From contig CAWEDF010000031.1 of the NCBI GenBank assembly GCA_963807655.1, positions 75,055 through 139,054 on the forward strand: 64,000 nucleotides of DNA, read 5' to 3'. Shown here in pieces: positions 10,325-19,371 of this stretch. Both the position numbers and the translations under genes were made by a program. Origin of the DNA: an uncultured Acidobacteriaceae bacterium (GTDB lineage: Bacteria; Acidobacteriota; Terriglobia; Terriglobales; Acidobacteriaceae). The notes beneath the pieces were generated by a model. The model saw only the letters and a program-made list of their open reading frames with translations. It made no database searches and was not told the origin of the DNA. Numbering within the stretch: the stretch's first letter is position 1; every line of letters begins with the position of its first letter.

Positions 10325-10384
10325 GTAAGTCGTTGAAATTATCTGCAAGTCGTTGATATTATCCAGAAGCTATTGAAACGATTC
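10325..10384 (+). repeat. Three tandem 20-bp direct repeats (iteron-like) upstream of selB
   Basis: Units are gtaagtcgttgaaattatct, gcaagtcgttgatattatcc and agaagctattgaaacgattc. Units 1 and 2 match at 17 of 20; unit 3 is degenerate. Related AAG-YYR-TTGAWA cores lie at 10057-10072 and 10138-10155. Confidence 0.7.
10333..10362 (+). promoter_or_regulatory. Candidate sigma70-type promoter reading toward selB (TTGAAA-N18-TGaTATTAT)
   Basis: -35-like TTGAAA at 10333-10338 and extended -10-like TG-n-TATTAT at 10354-10362. Sequence pattern only. Confidence 0.3.
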
Positions 10385-10604
10385 GGATCCGCTTTGGATG
10401 TAGTCGCGCAAGCTTGTCTTCCGACCCTTTTCTGGAAGGCGTCGTCCCGAAACCCGGCGCAGTTCGCCGGGTGAAGGACTGCCGCACAAGTGACGACAGG
10501 AGAACGCATGAAAAACGGCTGCGCTCGGGATAACGCAACGTTGAATGCGCGACTATGGCTAGTCTGTCCGAGGGTTAGCCTGACTCCGGTAAGATGCAGG
10601 CCAG

Positions 10605-12674
10605 ATGAAATCCATCATCGTAGGGACGTCGGGACACATCGACCACGGCAAGACGGCGCTGGTGAAGGCGCTGACCGGGATCGACGCGGACCGATTGGAG
10701 GAGGAGAAGCGGCGCGGCATCACCATTGACCTCGGCTTCGCGCACATGGACTTGCCCACGCCCACGGGCGAAACCTTGCGCCTGGGCTTCGTGGATGTTC
10801 CCGGGCATGAGCGTTTCATCCGCAACATGCTGGCTGGGGTGGGCGGGATCGACCTGGTGCTGCTGGTGATTGCGGCGGATGAAGCGATCAAGCCGCAGAC
10901 GCGGGAGCATTTTGACATCCTGCAACTTCTTGGGGTACAGCGCGGAATTACAGTTCTGACCAAATCCGATACGGTGGATGCGGAGACGCTCGAGGTGGTG
11001 CGAATGGAGGTGGAAGAGTTTCTGCGCGGGACATTTCTGGATAAACCAGCTTCCATAGTCGCCGTGAGTTCCTTGACGGGCGCGGGATTGGAGGAACTGA
11101 AGCGGGCGATGGTTGCGGCGGCGGCCGGAGTACTGCCGCGGGATTCCCATGCGATCGCACGGCTGCCCATCGACCGCGTTTTCACCATGAAGGGTTTCGG
11201 CACGGTGGTGACGGGAACGCTGGTGGCCGGAACCATTCGCCGCGAAGATGAGATGGAAGTATTTCCGACGGGCCGGCGAGTGCGCGTGCGTGGCGTGCAG
11301 GTGCATGGGCAAACGGCCGAGGCGGCGGTCGCTGGACAACGGACAGCGTTGAACCTGGCGGGCGCGAGCACGGAAGATTTGTCGCGAGGCATGACTCTCG
11401 CGCCTCCGGCTACGTTCACGGTAACCCGGCAGGCGGATGTGCGGTTGCGCCTGTTGTCTTCCGCGCCGCGTCCGCTGAAAGACCGCGCGCGGGTGCATTT
11501 TCATTCCTACACGATGGAGACTGTGGCGGAAGTTGTGTTGCTGCAAGAGAAGGAATTGGATCCCACCCCTTCGGCAAGCTCAGGGCAGGCGTTTGCAAAG
11601 AACGCACGGGTGAAGCATCCGGCGTTGTACGAACGGAAGGAATTGGATCCCACCTTTGCAAAAAACGCAAAGGTGGGGCACCCGGCAAAGAACGCAAAGG
11701 TGGGGCATCCTCCGATTGGGATGAAACAGCTAACTCCGGGCGCAGAGGCGTTGGCACGGTTGAAGCTGCCGGAGGCTGCGCTGCTTCTGCCGGGAGACCG
11801 GTTCATCATCCGGCAATTTTCGCCGGTGGTTACGATTGGAGGCGGAGTTGTGTTGGACGCGGCGCCGATTCCGCGTATGCCGGGGCATGCAGGCTTCCTG
11901 AAGACTCTCGCCGGCGGCGATGCGGAGGTCGTTGTCAGAGCGCGCATAGCCCGGAGGCAGCGTGAGGGAATCTTGATGTCCCGACTGGTTGCCGAGACCG
12001 GGTGGACGAAGAATCTGATCGAAACACAACTGGCTGAGGGGCTGCGGACCGGCAGCGTGGTCCGGGCTGGCGAGTTATTTCTGGATGCGCCCGCGCTGGA
12101 AATATTGAGGTCGCACATCGTGAGCGCGGCCGCAACTTTTCACAAAAACAATCCGCTGGTGGGTGGAATCAGCAAGGAAGAGTTGCGGGCGCAGGTGGAC
12201 GCGATGCCGGAAGTGTTCGAGACGGCCGCGGCCATGCTGCTCCGGGAGAAGAAGCTTGAAGTGGTTGGGGACCTGGTGCGGCTGCCGGGGCACGGTGTCG
12301 AGATGAAGGATGAGGAGGCCGAATCAAAAAAGAAGATCGAGGACGCGTTCGCCACGGCGGGGTTGAAAGTCCCCGCGCTCCAGGAAGTGATTGCGGGGCT
12401 CAAGGTGGACAAAGTACGGGCACAGAAGATTGTGACTTTGCTGCTGCGTGACAAGGCGCTGATCAAGGTTTCCGACGAGTTGGTTTTTCATCGGAGCGCG
12501 CTCGAACAGTTGCGGCGGCAGATGGCGGCTTACAAAACGAAATCCGGGAAGATTGATGTCGCGAGCTTCAAGGAATTGACCGGAGTGACCCGCAAGTATG
12601 CGATTCCGCTGCTGGAGTATCTGGATCGCGAAAGGGTGACAAAACGAGTAGGAGATGTGCGTCAAATTCTTTAG
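10605..12674 (+). CDS. selB: Selenocysteine-specific translation elongation factor, with an in-frame REP-derived insertion
   Basis: 689 aa. N-terminus [51 protein letters not shown] and LTKSD G-motifs, long winged-helix-type C-terminus. Confidence 0.93.
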   Translation: MKSIIVGTSGHIDHGKTALVKALTGIDADRLEEEKRRGITIDLGFAHMDLPTPTGETLRLGFVDVPGHERFIRNMLAGVGGIDLVLLVIAADEAIKPQTREHFDILQLLGVQRGITVLTKSDTVDAETLEVVRMEVEEFLRGTFLDKPASIVAVSSLTGAGLEELKRAMVAAAAGVLPRDSHAIARLPIDRVFTMKGFGTVVTGTLVAGTIRREDEMEVFPTGRRVRVRGVQVHGQTAEAAVAGQRTALNLAGASTEDLSRGMTLAPPATFTVTRQADVRLRLLSSAPRPLKDRARVHFHSYTMETVAEVVLLQEKELDPTPSASSGQAFAKNARVKHPALYERKELDPTFAKNAKVGHPAKNAKVGHPPIGMKQLTPGAEALARLKLPEAALLLPGDRFIIRQFSPVVTIGGGVVLDAAPIPRMPGHAGFLKTLAGGDAEVVVRARIARRQREGILMSRLVAETGWTKNLIETQLAEGLRTGSVVRAGELFLDAPALEILRSHIVSAAATFHKNNPLVGGISKEELRAQVDAMPEVFETAAAMLLREKKLEVVGDLVRLPGHGVEMKDEEAESKKKIEDAFATAGLKVPALQEVIAGLKVDKVRAQKIVTLLLRDKALIKVSDELVFHRSALEQLRRQMAAYKTKSGKIDVASFKELTGVTRKYAIPLLEYLDRERVTKRVGDVRQIL

Positions 12675-12735
12675 AGTCGCTAACCAGACCCTGCACAACA
12701 AAAACGGCTGGGCTCCACGACTATAATCGCTCGCT

Positions 12736-14157
12736 GTGTTCCTTAAAAAAATGAAGGCGGTTACGAGAACGATCAGTTTCTTCAGAGCTCACAAGCAACT
12801 GAGCATGATATTTGTCTTGTGGGCTATCTTATGCTCTCTCATACTCCTCCCCAATTGGCGCGAGGGGCCCTTCTATCTCCTGTTTTTCTCCACCCTCTTC
12901 TTGATGCTAGTTGCCAGCCAAGTGTTCTGGGTGGTTCGGCTCGTCGACCTTGGGGAACGATTCATCCCCGGGAAGCCGCGCCGTGGCTGGCTTACGGCTA
13001 TTGCGAGCGTTGTCTGCCTGTTCTTCTTCGCGTACAACATCGGCCTCTACATCAGCCCCTGGAAAATCCCGCGGGGCGATTCGACCCACTTGACGCTGCG
13101 CCACGTTCTATTTGAAGCGCCTTTCTGGTGGTGGTTTGTCGGGTCGTGGGCGGGCTTCGGCCTGGTGATGGTTTTCTGGATGGTAGACCGAGCAGGGCGC
13201 GCCGCAGCGTGGGTTTACCGCAAGACGCGCAAGGCTGCGGAAGGCCAAGCCTCTCCCGTGCCTGCTGCGACAGTTCTTGACCCGACCTCGCCAGACCGTC
13301 GCCAGTTTCTCGAGCAGGCCGCCGTGATGGTGGCCGCCGTACCGTTTTTAGCCGCGGCTTACGGGCTTCTATACGAGCGGCTCGACGTGGAAGTCACTCG
13401 CCCGCGCATTGCGCTCGCACGCCTGCCCAAAGGCTTTCAGGGCTTTCGTATCGTGCAGCTTTCCGACTTTCACATCAGCCCCTTCACGACGGCGGACGAG
13501 ATTCGCCGTTGCGTCACAATCGCCGCGGGGTTGAAAGCCGACTTGGTAGTGCTGACCGGCGACTACCTCACTGACGATCCCGAAGCAGAAGAAGAGGTGG
13601 TGCAAGCGCTCGCCGGTCTTCGTGCGCCATCCGGCGTGTTCGGCTGCCTCGGCAACCATGAGATCTATACTGAAACCGAGGATTCCATCACACGACTCTT
13701 TGCTGCAGTTGGGATCCGCATCCTGCGTCAAGAGCGGGTACCCATTCAATCGCACGACGAAGTGCTGAACCTGATCGGTGTTGACTATCAGCAACGGAGA
13801 TTCTCCAGCGATCATGACGGGCATCTGGTTGACCGGTACCTCGAAGGGAGCGAAAAACTGGTGATCCCGGACATGGTCAACATCCTTCTGAGTCACAATC
13901 CCAATAGCTTTGATCGCGCCGCTGAGTTGGGCATCGACTTGACGCTGGCCGGGCACAGCCACGGCGGCCAGTTGGCACTCTCGTTCATCAACCGGGGGCT
14001 CGCCCTTGTGCGTCCGGAGACTCCCTACGTCAGCGGATGGTACGAAAAAACCGACAGCCAGCTGTACGTCAACCGCGGCATCGGAACCACCGGCCCCCCC
14101 ATCCGCCTCGGCGCCCGCCCGGAAATTACGGTGTTGGAATTGGTGCGCGGGGTCTGA
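12736..14157 (+). CDS. Membrane-anchored metallophosphoesterase (calcineurin-like)
   Basis: 473 aa, GTG start, N-terminal hydrophobic helices. Motifs SDFHIS, TGDY, GNHE and GHSHGG. Confidence 0.8.
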   Translation: MFLKKMKAVTRTISFFRAHKQLSMIFVLWAILCSLILLPNWREGPFYLLFFSTLFLMLVASQVFWVVRLVDLGERFIPGKPRRGWLTAIASVVCLFFFAYNIGLYISPWKIPRGDSTHLTLRHVLFEAPFWWWFVGSWAGFGLVMVFWMVDRAGRAAAWVYRKTRKAAEGQASPVPAATVLDPTSPDRRQFLEQAAVMVAAVPFLAAAYGLLYERLDVEVTRPRIALARLPKGFQGFRIVQLSDFHISPFTTADEIRRCVTIAAGLKADLVVLTGDYLTDDPEAEEEVVQALAGLRAPSGVFGCLGNHEIYTETEDSITRLFAAVGIRILRQERVPIQSHDEVLNLIGVDYQQRRFSSDHDGHLVDRYLEGSEKLVIPDMVNILLSHNPNSFDRAAELGIDLTLAGHSHGGQLALSFINRGLALVRPETPYVSGWYEKTDSQLYVNRGIGTTGPPIRLGARPEITVLELVRGV

Positions 14158-14193
14158 GATGCGTGAAGACGAAGACTGTCCAACCCAAATTCT

Positions 14194-14763
14194 TCAGATT
14201 TTCTCTTCCGGGAATTCCAGTTCCAGGCCCAGCGGGTCGGTCACGCGGTTGGTTAGATTGGCTAGACCGGTCAGCATATGGATGTCGACGATCTCGGGTT
14301 CGGAGAAGTGCTTCTTCAGTTCGTCGAAGTCGGTTTCCGTAATTTTCTGTGGGGCTCGCGTCAGCTTCTCGATGTAACTCAGCGCTGCCCGCTCTTTCTC
14401 GCCATAACGCGAGTAGTTCCCTGCCTTGAGCGCGGTCCAGTCTTCGGCGGTTAGCCCGACACGCTTTGACGACGCGGCATGGTGTTGGGCGCAGTAGCGG
14501 CATTCGTTGATTAAGGAGACTCGGAGGTAAATGAGTTCCGACAACTTGCGGTCGAGGGAACGTCCCACGGTGGCGTAGAAGCTTAGAAAATTCTTAAGCA
14601 TCTCCGGACGATGGGCGAGCGCCTTCTGTACGTTGCCGGGTTTGCCGCGAAGCGTGGTGTCGTAAATCTCGCGCACCGCGGGAGGCGCGGATTCCGGGGC
14701 GATCAAGCTGATGCGTGCCATCGAATTCTCCGAGATCGTGATTGGCGGTTTCTTAGCCTTCAT
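14194..14763 (-). CDS. AhpD-like / carboxymuconolactone decarboxylase family protein
   Basis: 189 aa with a CxxC-H core (INECRYCAQHH). Confidence 0.78.
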   Translation of the reverse strand: MKAKKPPITISENSMARISLIAPESAPPAVREIYDTTLRGKPGNVQKALAHRPEMLKNFLSFYATVGRSLDRKLSELIYLRVSLINECRYCAQHHAASSKRVGLTAEDWTALKAGNYSRYGEKERAALSYIEKLTRAPQKITETDFDELKKHFSEPEIVDIHMLTGLANLTNRVTDPLGLELEFPEEKI

Positions 14764-14935
14764 GATCGCAGATTAGCTGGCCTTGTGCAGGCGAGAGCAA
14801 GCGCTCAAGAAGAGAATGCCGCTGGCCGATAGTACCGAGTAGGGGTCTAGTGACCAGCAAGCGCGCGTCTTTTACATCACACAATTGCCGGAAAGAAGAA
14901 AAACATGGAGGAATGAAAGAACCCGGACAGCAAAA

Positions 14936-14954
14936 CCACGCCGATTGAGCGTGG
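14936..14954 (-). terminator. Possible intrinsic terminator downstream of the 15089..15559 gene
   Basis: On the minus strand, ccacgc-tcaatcg-gcgtgg is followed by tttt. It lies about 135 nt past the stop codon. Confidence 0.3.
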
Positions 14955-15088
14955 TCGTGCTGGTTACTTGCGGATTAGGTGTACGAGGTGGTGGATAACC
15001 TCATAAACCTCATGGCAGAACTTCATTGACCCGAAGATTGCCAGCAACGCTTCAGCAACGCGCAGGGTGTGTTCCATGGGTCACCGCC

Positions 15089-15559
15089 TTACGCCGTCAC
15101 TGCTTCAGGGGCAGCAGCTTTCGGTGCAGGTGCTGTAGCCTTCTTTGCTTCCCGTTCGTTCTGCTTGGCCAGCAGCTTATCGCCTTCAAGAGCCGCCGCG
15201 AACGCTTTCGGGTAGCTTTTGATCGCTGGCAGCACGATCCCACCAGAAGCGCCAATCTGGATGATAGGCCACTCCGTGCTGATCAGCAGGTTGATGTACT
15301 TGCCATCCTGGACCAACATCTCCGGCTTCACTTCGATCTGCCGCTGTTCCCGTAGAGCAACCGTCAGCTTCTCGATAGTCTGCGTCTGCTTGCTAGGCTG
15401 TGCCGGTGCCGCTGCTACTGCCGCTGGTGCGGGTGTGGCCGCTGGCTTAGTGCTCTTTGCTTCCGGCTTTGGCTGTTCGGCTACTGCTGGCTGGCCTGCC
15501 TGTGCGGTAGTCTTCTTGGCGCGTTCGGCTGCTGCTTTCTGTGCTTTAGTCTGACTCAT
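15089..15559 (-). CDS. Hypothetical protein: Ala/Pro/Lys-rich N-terminal half, ~90-aa globular C-terminal half
   Basis: 156-aa ORF. I recognise no family. It borders a strongly AT-rich intergenic patch. Confidence 0.5.
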   Translation of the reverse strand: MSQTKAQKAAAERAKKTTAQAGQPAVAEQPKPEAKSTKPAATPAPAAVAAAPAQPSKQTQTIEKLTVALREQRQIEVKPEMLVQDGKYINLLISTEWPIIQIGASGGIVLPAIKSYPKAFAAALEGDKLLAKQNEREAKKATAPAPKAAAPEAVTA

Positions 15560-15784
15560 GTTAGTTACCTTCCTTCCGTAGAGTTGAGTTACTGTAGGTT
15601 ACTCGGCATGGTAGCCATGTAACTTATACTTATAATAAATACCTCTCCCCACTAGCTCCTACCGATATCTATTACTTGGCTGTGAATATCTCAAGGTTTA
15701 TGAATAGATTACTCACTGGGTTACGCTGCTTATGAAAGATATTCACAGCAGTTAGAGGATGAATCAATACGTATAGAATCAAAG

Positions 15785-16252
15785 TTGGGTTGCCGAGCGC
15801 CGGGCTCTGCCGTGAGAACGTTGGCGTTGGTTGCTCTATTGGCCTGCGCGGGGACATCGTCAAGCTACGTGCCCGGGGAGTCTGATTCCGACGTGGGAGC
15901 GAAGATTCTTGCGATGGAGCATGTGTGGGGCCATGCCTACGTGAGCAAGGACCCAAAGGCGCTGGAGAGGATTCTTGACGACGCATTTGTCAACGTGGAC
16001 TCGGACGGCATATTGCAGACCGAGGCGGAAGTGTTGGCGGAGGTGAGGGCATCCACGGTACTGCAGTTCTTGACGGAGTCGATGGTGGTGCATTTGCATG
16101 GCAACACGGCGATCGTTACCGGCATTTTTCTGATCAAGGGAATGGAGCACGGGAAGCCGTATGCGCAACGCGAGCGTTTCGTGGACACTTGGCTTTGCAA
16201 GGACGGCCAGTGGGTCTCGATTGCAGGCCTGGTAACGCGGATAGGGCAGTGA
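15785..16252 (+). CDS. Secreted DUF4440 / SnoaL-like (NTF2 fold) protein
   Basis: 155 aa with a signal-like N-terminus, then EHVWGHAYVSKDPKALERILDDAF...RFVDTWLCKDGQWV. Confidence 0.7.
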   Translation: MGCRAPGSAVRTLALVALLACAGTSSSYVPGESDSDVGAKILAMEHVWGHAYVSKDPKALERILDDAFVNVDSDGILQTEAEVLAEVRASTVLQFLTESMVVHLHGNTAIVTGIFLIKGMEHGKPYAQRERFVDTWLCKDGQWVSIAGLVTRIGQ

Positions 16253-16308
16253 CGCCGGGTGAGTCTCTCTCTTCTTGCAGCCGAGGTCGACGACAGCGGA
16301 CAAGCCTT

Positions 16309-16752
16309 ATGAGAACGATGGGATGGTTGCTGGTTCTGGTGTGCGCGACGTCGCTGCTGGGTTGGACCCAGGAGGCTGCCAGCAGCGACGCGGCCACCGC
16401 AGTTCGAACTCTGGAGCACGAGTGGGTTTAGGCGCAATCGCATAATGACAACCGTGCTCTGGACCTGATTTTCGATAATGCACTGGTGTACATCGAATAT
16501 GGCCGGCTGGTAAGCAAGGGAGATTACCTGTTAAGAATAAGGTCGGCAAAGCCACAGCTGCAGCAAATCGTAATGGAGCCCATGACGGTGCGCACGTTTG
16601 GAAGCACCGCCATCGTGATTGGCAGCTATCGTGAAACGACTGTGAAAGACGGGAAGCCCTTGCTGAAGCGTTGGCGCTTTGTCGATACTTGGGTGTTCGT
16701 GCAGGGGCATTGGATGCTGGTAGCGGCGGGAGCCGCACCTCTGTTGAAGTAG
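16309..16752 (+). pseudogene. DUF4440 paralogue interrupted by an in-frame TAG at 16429-16431
   Basis: ATG at 16309 gives MRTMGWLLVLV...LEHEWV, then TAG, then AQSHNDNRALDLIFDNALVYIEYG... in the same frame through ORF 16486..16752. Collinear with the upstream paralogue. Confidence 0.7.
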
Positions 16753-16823
16753 TGGGAGGTTCTACTCTCCAAGTCACGCCGATCCGGTCACGCAGATCGG
16801 TTCCTGATGTATTCTCCTTCTTG

Positions 16824-17303
16824 ATGCTCCTGATTCGCCCTGCGACGGTTGATGATGTGACGCTTCTGCGGACTTTGATCCGCGAACTGGCGACGTTTGA
16901 GCACGAACTGGAATTTTGCGTGATCGAAGAGGCAGACCTGGCGCGGGATGGGTTTGGGGCGTATCCCAGGTTTCGCGCGCTGATTGCGGAGTGGGACGCG
17001 CAGCCGGCGGGATACGCTCTCTTCTTTGGCTACTACTCGACGTGGACAGGCCGGGGACTCTTCCTGGAGGACCTTTTCGTGCGGGAGCAGTTTCGCGGCA
17101 GAGGAATCGGGAAGGCGTTGCTGGCTTCGGTGGCGCGCGTTGCGGTGAAGGAGAATTGCCAGGGAGTACAGTGGGAAGTACTGGACTGGAATGAGAAGGC
17201 GATTGAACTCTACAAGTCTTTGGGAGCTAAGTTCCGCGACCAATGGCGGCCAATGATGGTGACGGACGACGCCCTGCGGAGATTGGCGGAGAAGGCACCG
17301 TGA
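16824..17303 (+). CDS. GNAT-family N-acetyltransferase
   Basis: From the ATG at 16824: MLLIRPATVDDV...QFRGRGIGKALL (acetyl-CoA binding motif). Confidence 0.8.
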   Translation: MLLIRPATVDDVTLLRTLIRELATFEHELEFCVIEEADLARDGFGAYPRFRALIAEWDAQPAGYALFFGYYSTWTGRGLFLEDLFVREQFRGRGIGKALLASVARVAVKENCQGVQWEVLDWNEKAIELYKSLGAKFRDQWRPMMVTDDALRRLAEKAP

Positions 17304-18742
17304 GCGCTCACGTTCGCATTATTGGAGCGGGGCTGGCGGGGTCGGAAGCGGCGTGGCAGTGTGCGCGGCGGGGCGTGCAGGTGGACCTGTTTGAGATGCG
17401 GCCGGTGCGGTCGACGCCGGCGCACCAGACGGCGGACTTTGCCGAGCTGGTGTGCTCGAATTCGCTGAAGTCGGACAGCGAGAATACGGCGCCGTGGTTG
17501 CTGAAGGAAGAAATGAGGCGGGCGGGATCGCTGTTGTTGCAGATTGCCCGGGAGTGTGCGGTTCCAGCGGGGCATGCGCTGGCCGTAGACCGAGTGACGT
17601 TTGCGGCGAAGGTAACGGAGGCGATTTCGCAGGAACCGCTGATTACGGTGCGTCGGGAAGAGGTGACTTCCATTGAGGAATCGGGCGGCCAGATTACCAT
17701 CATTGCTACTGGGCCTTTGACTTCTGAGGCGCTGGCGGGGGAGATTGCGCGGCTGAGTTCCGCTACCTCAGCGGCTGAAGCTGATTCCTTGAATGAGGCT
17801 GATACCGCAGCGCTGGAAGCGCTGCGCCACCCAAAATCAAATAACCCGCAAGAGGCCGAGAGCAGCGGTCCGCATTTGTATTTTTACGATTCGATCAGTC
17901 CGATTGTGGAGGCGGATTCGATTGACATGTCGCGCGTGTATCTGGCGGCGCGCTATGACAAGGGGTCGGCGGATTACATCAACTGTCCAATGACGCGGGA
18001 AGATTATGACCGGTTCTACGACGCGCTGCTGGCGGCGCAATCGGTGGAGGAGCGCGATTGGGAGAAGTTGAACTACTTTGAGAGCTGCCTGCCCATTGAG
18101 GAGATCGCGCGGCGGGGACGCGATACGCTGCGCTTCGGGCCGATGAAGCCGGTGGGGTTGAAGGATCCGAGCACCGGACGAATGCCGTATGCGGTGGTGC
18201 AGTTGCGGCAGGAAAATCTGCGGGCGGATTCCTACAACCTGGTGGGATTCCAGAATCATCTGAAGTTTGGCGAGCAGGCGCGCGTGTTGCGGCTGATTCC
18301 GGGGCTCGAGAATGCGCGCTTCCTGCGCTACGGACAGATTCATCGCAATACCTACATCAATGGGCCGGCGTTGCTGCGGGAGACGCTGCAGATGAAAGCG
18401 CATCCCCGGGTTCTGTTTGCCGGGCAGATTTGCGGCGTAGAAGGCTATGTGGAATCGATTGCAACCGGGCTGATGGCCGGCGTGCACGCCGCGTCGCTGG
18501 CGCTAGGCGGCGAGCCTGTGCCGCCGCCACGAGCTTCCGCGTTTGGATCGCTGACGCATTATGTGACCCACGCGGACGCGAAAAACTTTCAGCCGGCAAA
18601 CATCACGTTTGATCTCTTGCCGGCACTGGAAAAGAAGATTCGCGACCGGAAGGAGCGGCACCGGTTGCAGTGCGAGCTGGCGCTGGCGCAATTCGACGCG
18701 TGGATGGAACTCGGGGCAGCGCTTACGGCGGGTAGACCTTGA
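17300..18742 (+). CDS. trmFO: Methylenetetrahydrofolate--tRNA-(uracil-5)-methyltransferase
   Basis: GTG at 17300 overlaps the upstream stop codon (GTGA). N-terminus VRIIGAGLAGSEAAWQ (FAD fold), then FAGQICGVEGYVES. Confidence 0.9.
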   Translation: MSAHVRIIGAGLAGSEAAWQCARRGVQVDLFEMRPVRSTPAHQTADFAELVCSNSLKSDSENTAPWLLKEEMRRAGSLLLQIARECAVPAGHALAVDRVTFAAKVTEAISQEPLITVRREEVTSIEESGGQITIIATGPLTSEALAGEIARLSSATSAAEADSLNEADTAALEALRHPKSNNPQEAESSGPHLYFYDSISPIVEADSIDMSRVYLAARYDKGSADYINCPMTREDYDRFYDALLAAQSVEERDWEKLNYFESCLPIEEIARRGRDTLRFGPMKPVGLKDPSTGRMPYAVVQLRQENLRADSYNLVGFQNHLKFGEQARVLRLIPGLENARFLRYGQIHRNTYINGPALLRETLQMKAHPRVLFAGQICGVEGYVESIATGLMAGVHAASLALGGEPVPPPRASAFGSLTHYVTHADAKNFQPANITFDLLPALEKKIRDRKERHRLQCELALAQFDAWMELGAALTAGRP

Positions 18743-18784
18743 ATCGCTGAGGACACTGAGAACGGCCGCGGTGAGCGCGCAGTC

Positions 18785-19264
18785 ATGGCATCTGCAGCAC
18801 ATCTTGAGGTTCGTATGGCCGGGCCGGAAGACGCGCCGGTTATTGTCGCGGTGCTGCACGCATCGTTCGTGGAGTTCAAGTTTCTTTACACGGAAGGTGG
18901 CTTCGCGGCGACCGCTCTTGGCCCGGAGCAGGTGCTCATCCGCATGCGCGAGGGGCCGGTTTGGGTGGCGCTGCGCGAGGGCGCGGTGATGGGCACGGTG
19001 GCTGCCGTAGTAAGAGACGAGTCCGTCTATGTTCGCGGCATGGCGGTCCTGCCGGAGGCGCGGGGTTCGGGTGCGGGCGCAAGACTGCTGCGGCAAGTCG
19101 AGGACTGGACGCGCGGCCAGGGTATGACCCGGCTATTTCTTAGTACGACGCCGTTCCTCGATTCCGCCATCCGTTTATACGAAAGATCCGGCTTCCGGCG
19201 GATGGACGACGGTCTGCACGATCTCTTTGGTACGCCGTTGTTTATCATGGAGAAGACCCTCTGA
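18785..19264 (+). CDS. GNAT-family N-acetyltransferase
   Basis: 159 aa with VLPEARGSGAGARLL (acetyl-CoA motif). Confidence 0.8.
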   Translation: MASAAHLEVRMAGPEDAPVIVAVLHASFVEFKFLYTEGGFAATALGPEQVLIRMREGPVWVALREGAVMGTVAAVVRDESVYVRGMAVLPEARGSGAGARLLRQVEDWTRGQGMTRLFLSTTPFLDSAIRLYERSGFRRMDDGLHDLFGTPLFIMEKTL

Positions 19265-19371
19265 TCCGCAATTTTCCTGCAACATTGGGCTTCCTCGGTG
19301 CGTATCACTAACTAGCCGCCGCCGCAGGCTTACGTTCCCTGCCCGGTCGCGTCCAACCACCTTGAAGCGCT

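Noticed and set aside
10050-10384. DnaA-box-like 9-mers (TTATCCAGA, TTATCTGCA, TTATCTGGA) suggested a replication origin.
   Set aside because: Each deviates from TTATCCACA by 1-2 bases. There is no dnaA, dnaN or AT-rich unwinding element here. The matches are part of the 20-bp repeat units.
9902-10604. Looked for a tRNA-Sec (selC) or other tRNA in the 700-nt spacer upstream of selB.
   Set aside because: I found no GGAAG...acceptor pairing, no TCA anticodon loop context and no GGTTCGA-type T-loop on either strand. I also saw no T-loop-like motif in the other large spacers. A covariance-model scan would be the decisive check.
10507-10729. The 74-aa upstream ORF overlapping the selB start as a real protein-coding gene.
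   Set aside because: Its composition is Arg-rich and it runs out of frame through the conserved G-domain coding region of selB. At most its initiation site may matter for regulation.
16429-16431. Recoding of the in-frame stop, considered because selB is in the window.
   Set aside because: The codon is TAG, not TGA. No SECIS-like hairpin follows, and I know of no pyrrolysine machinery in this lineage or window.
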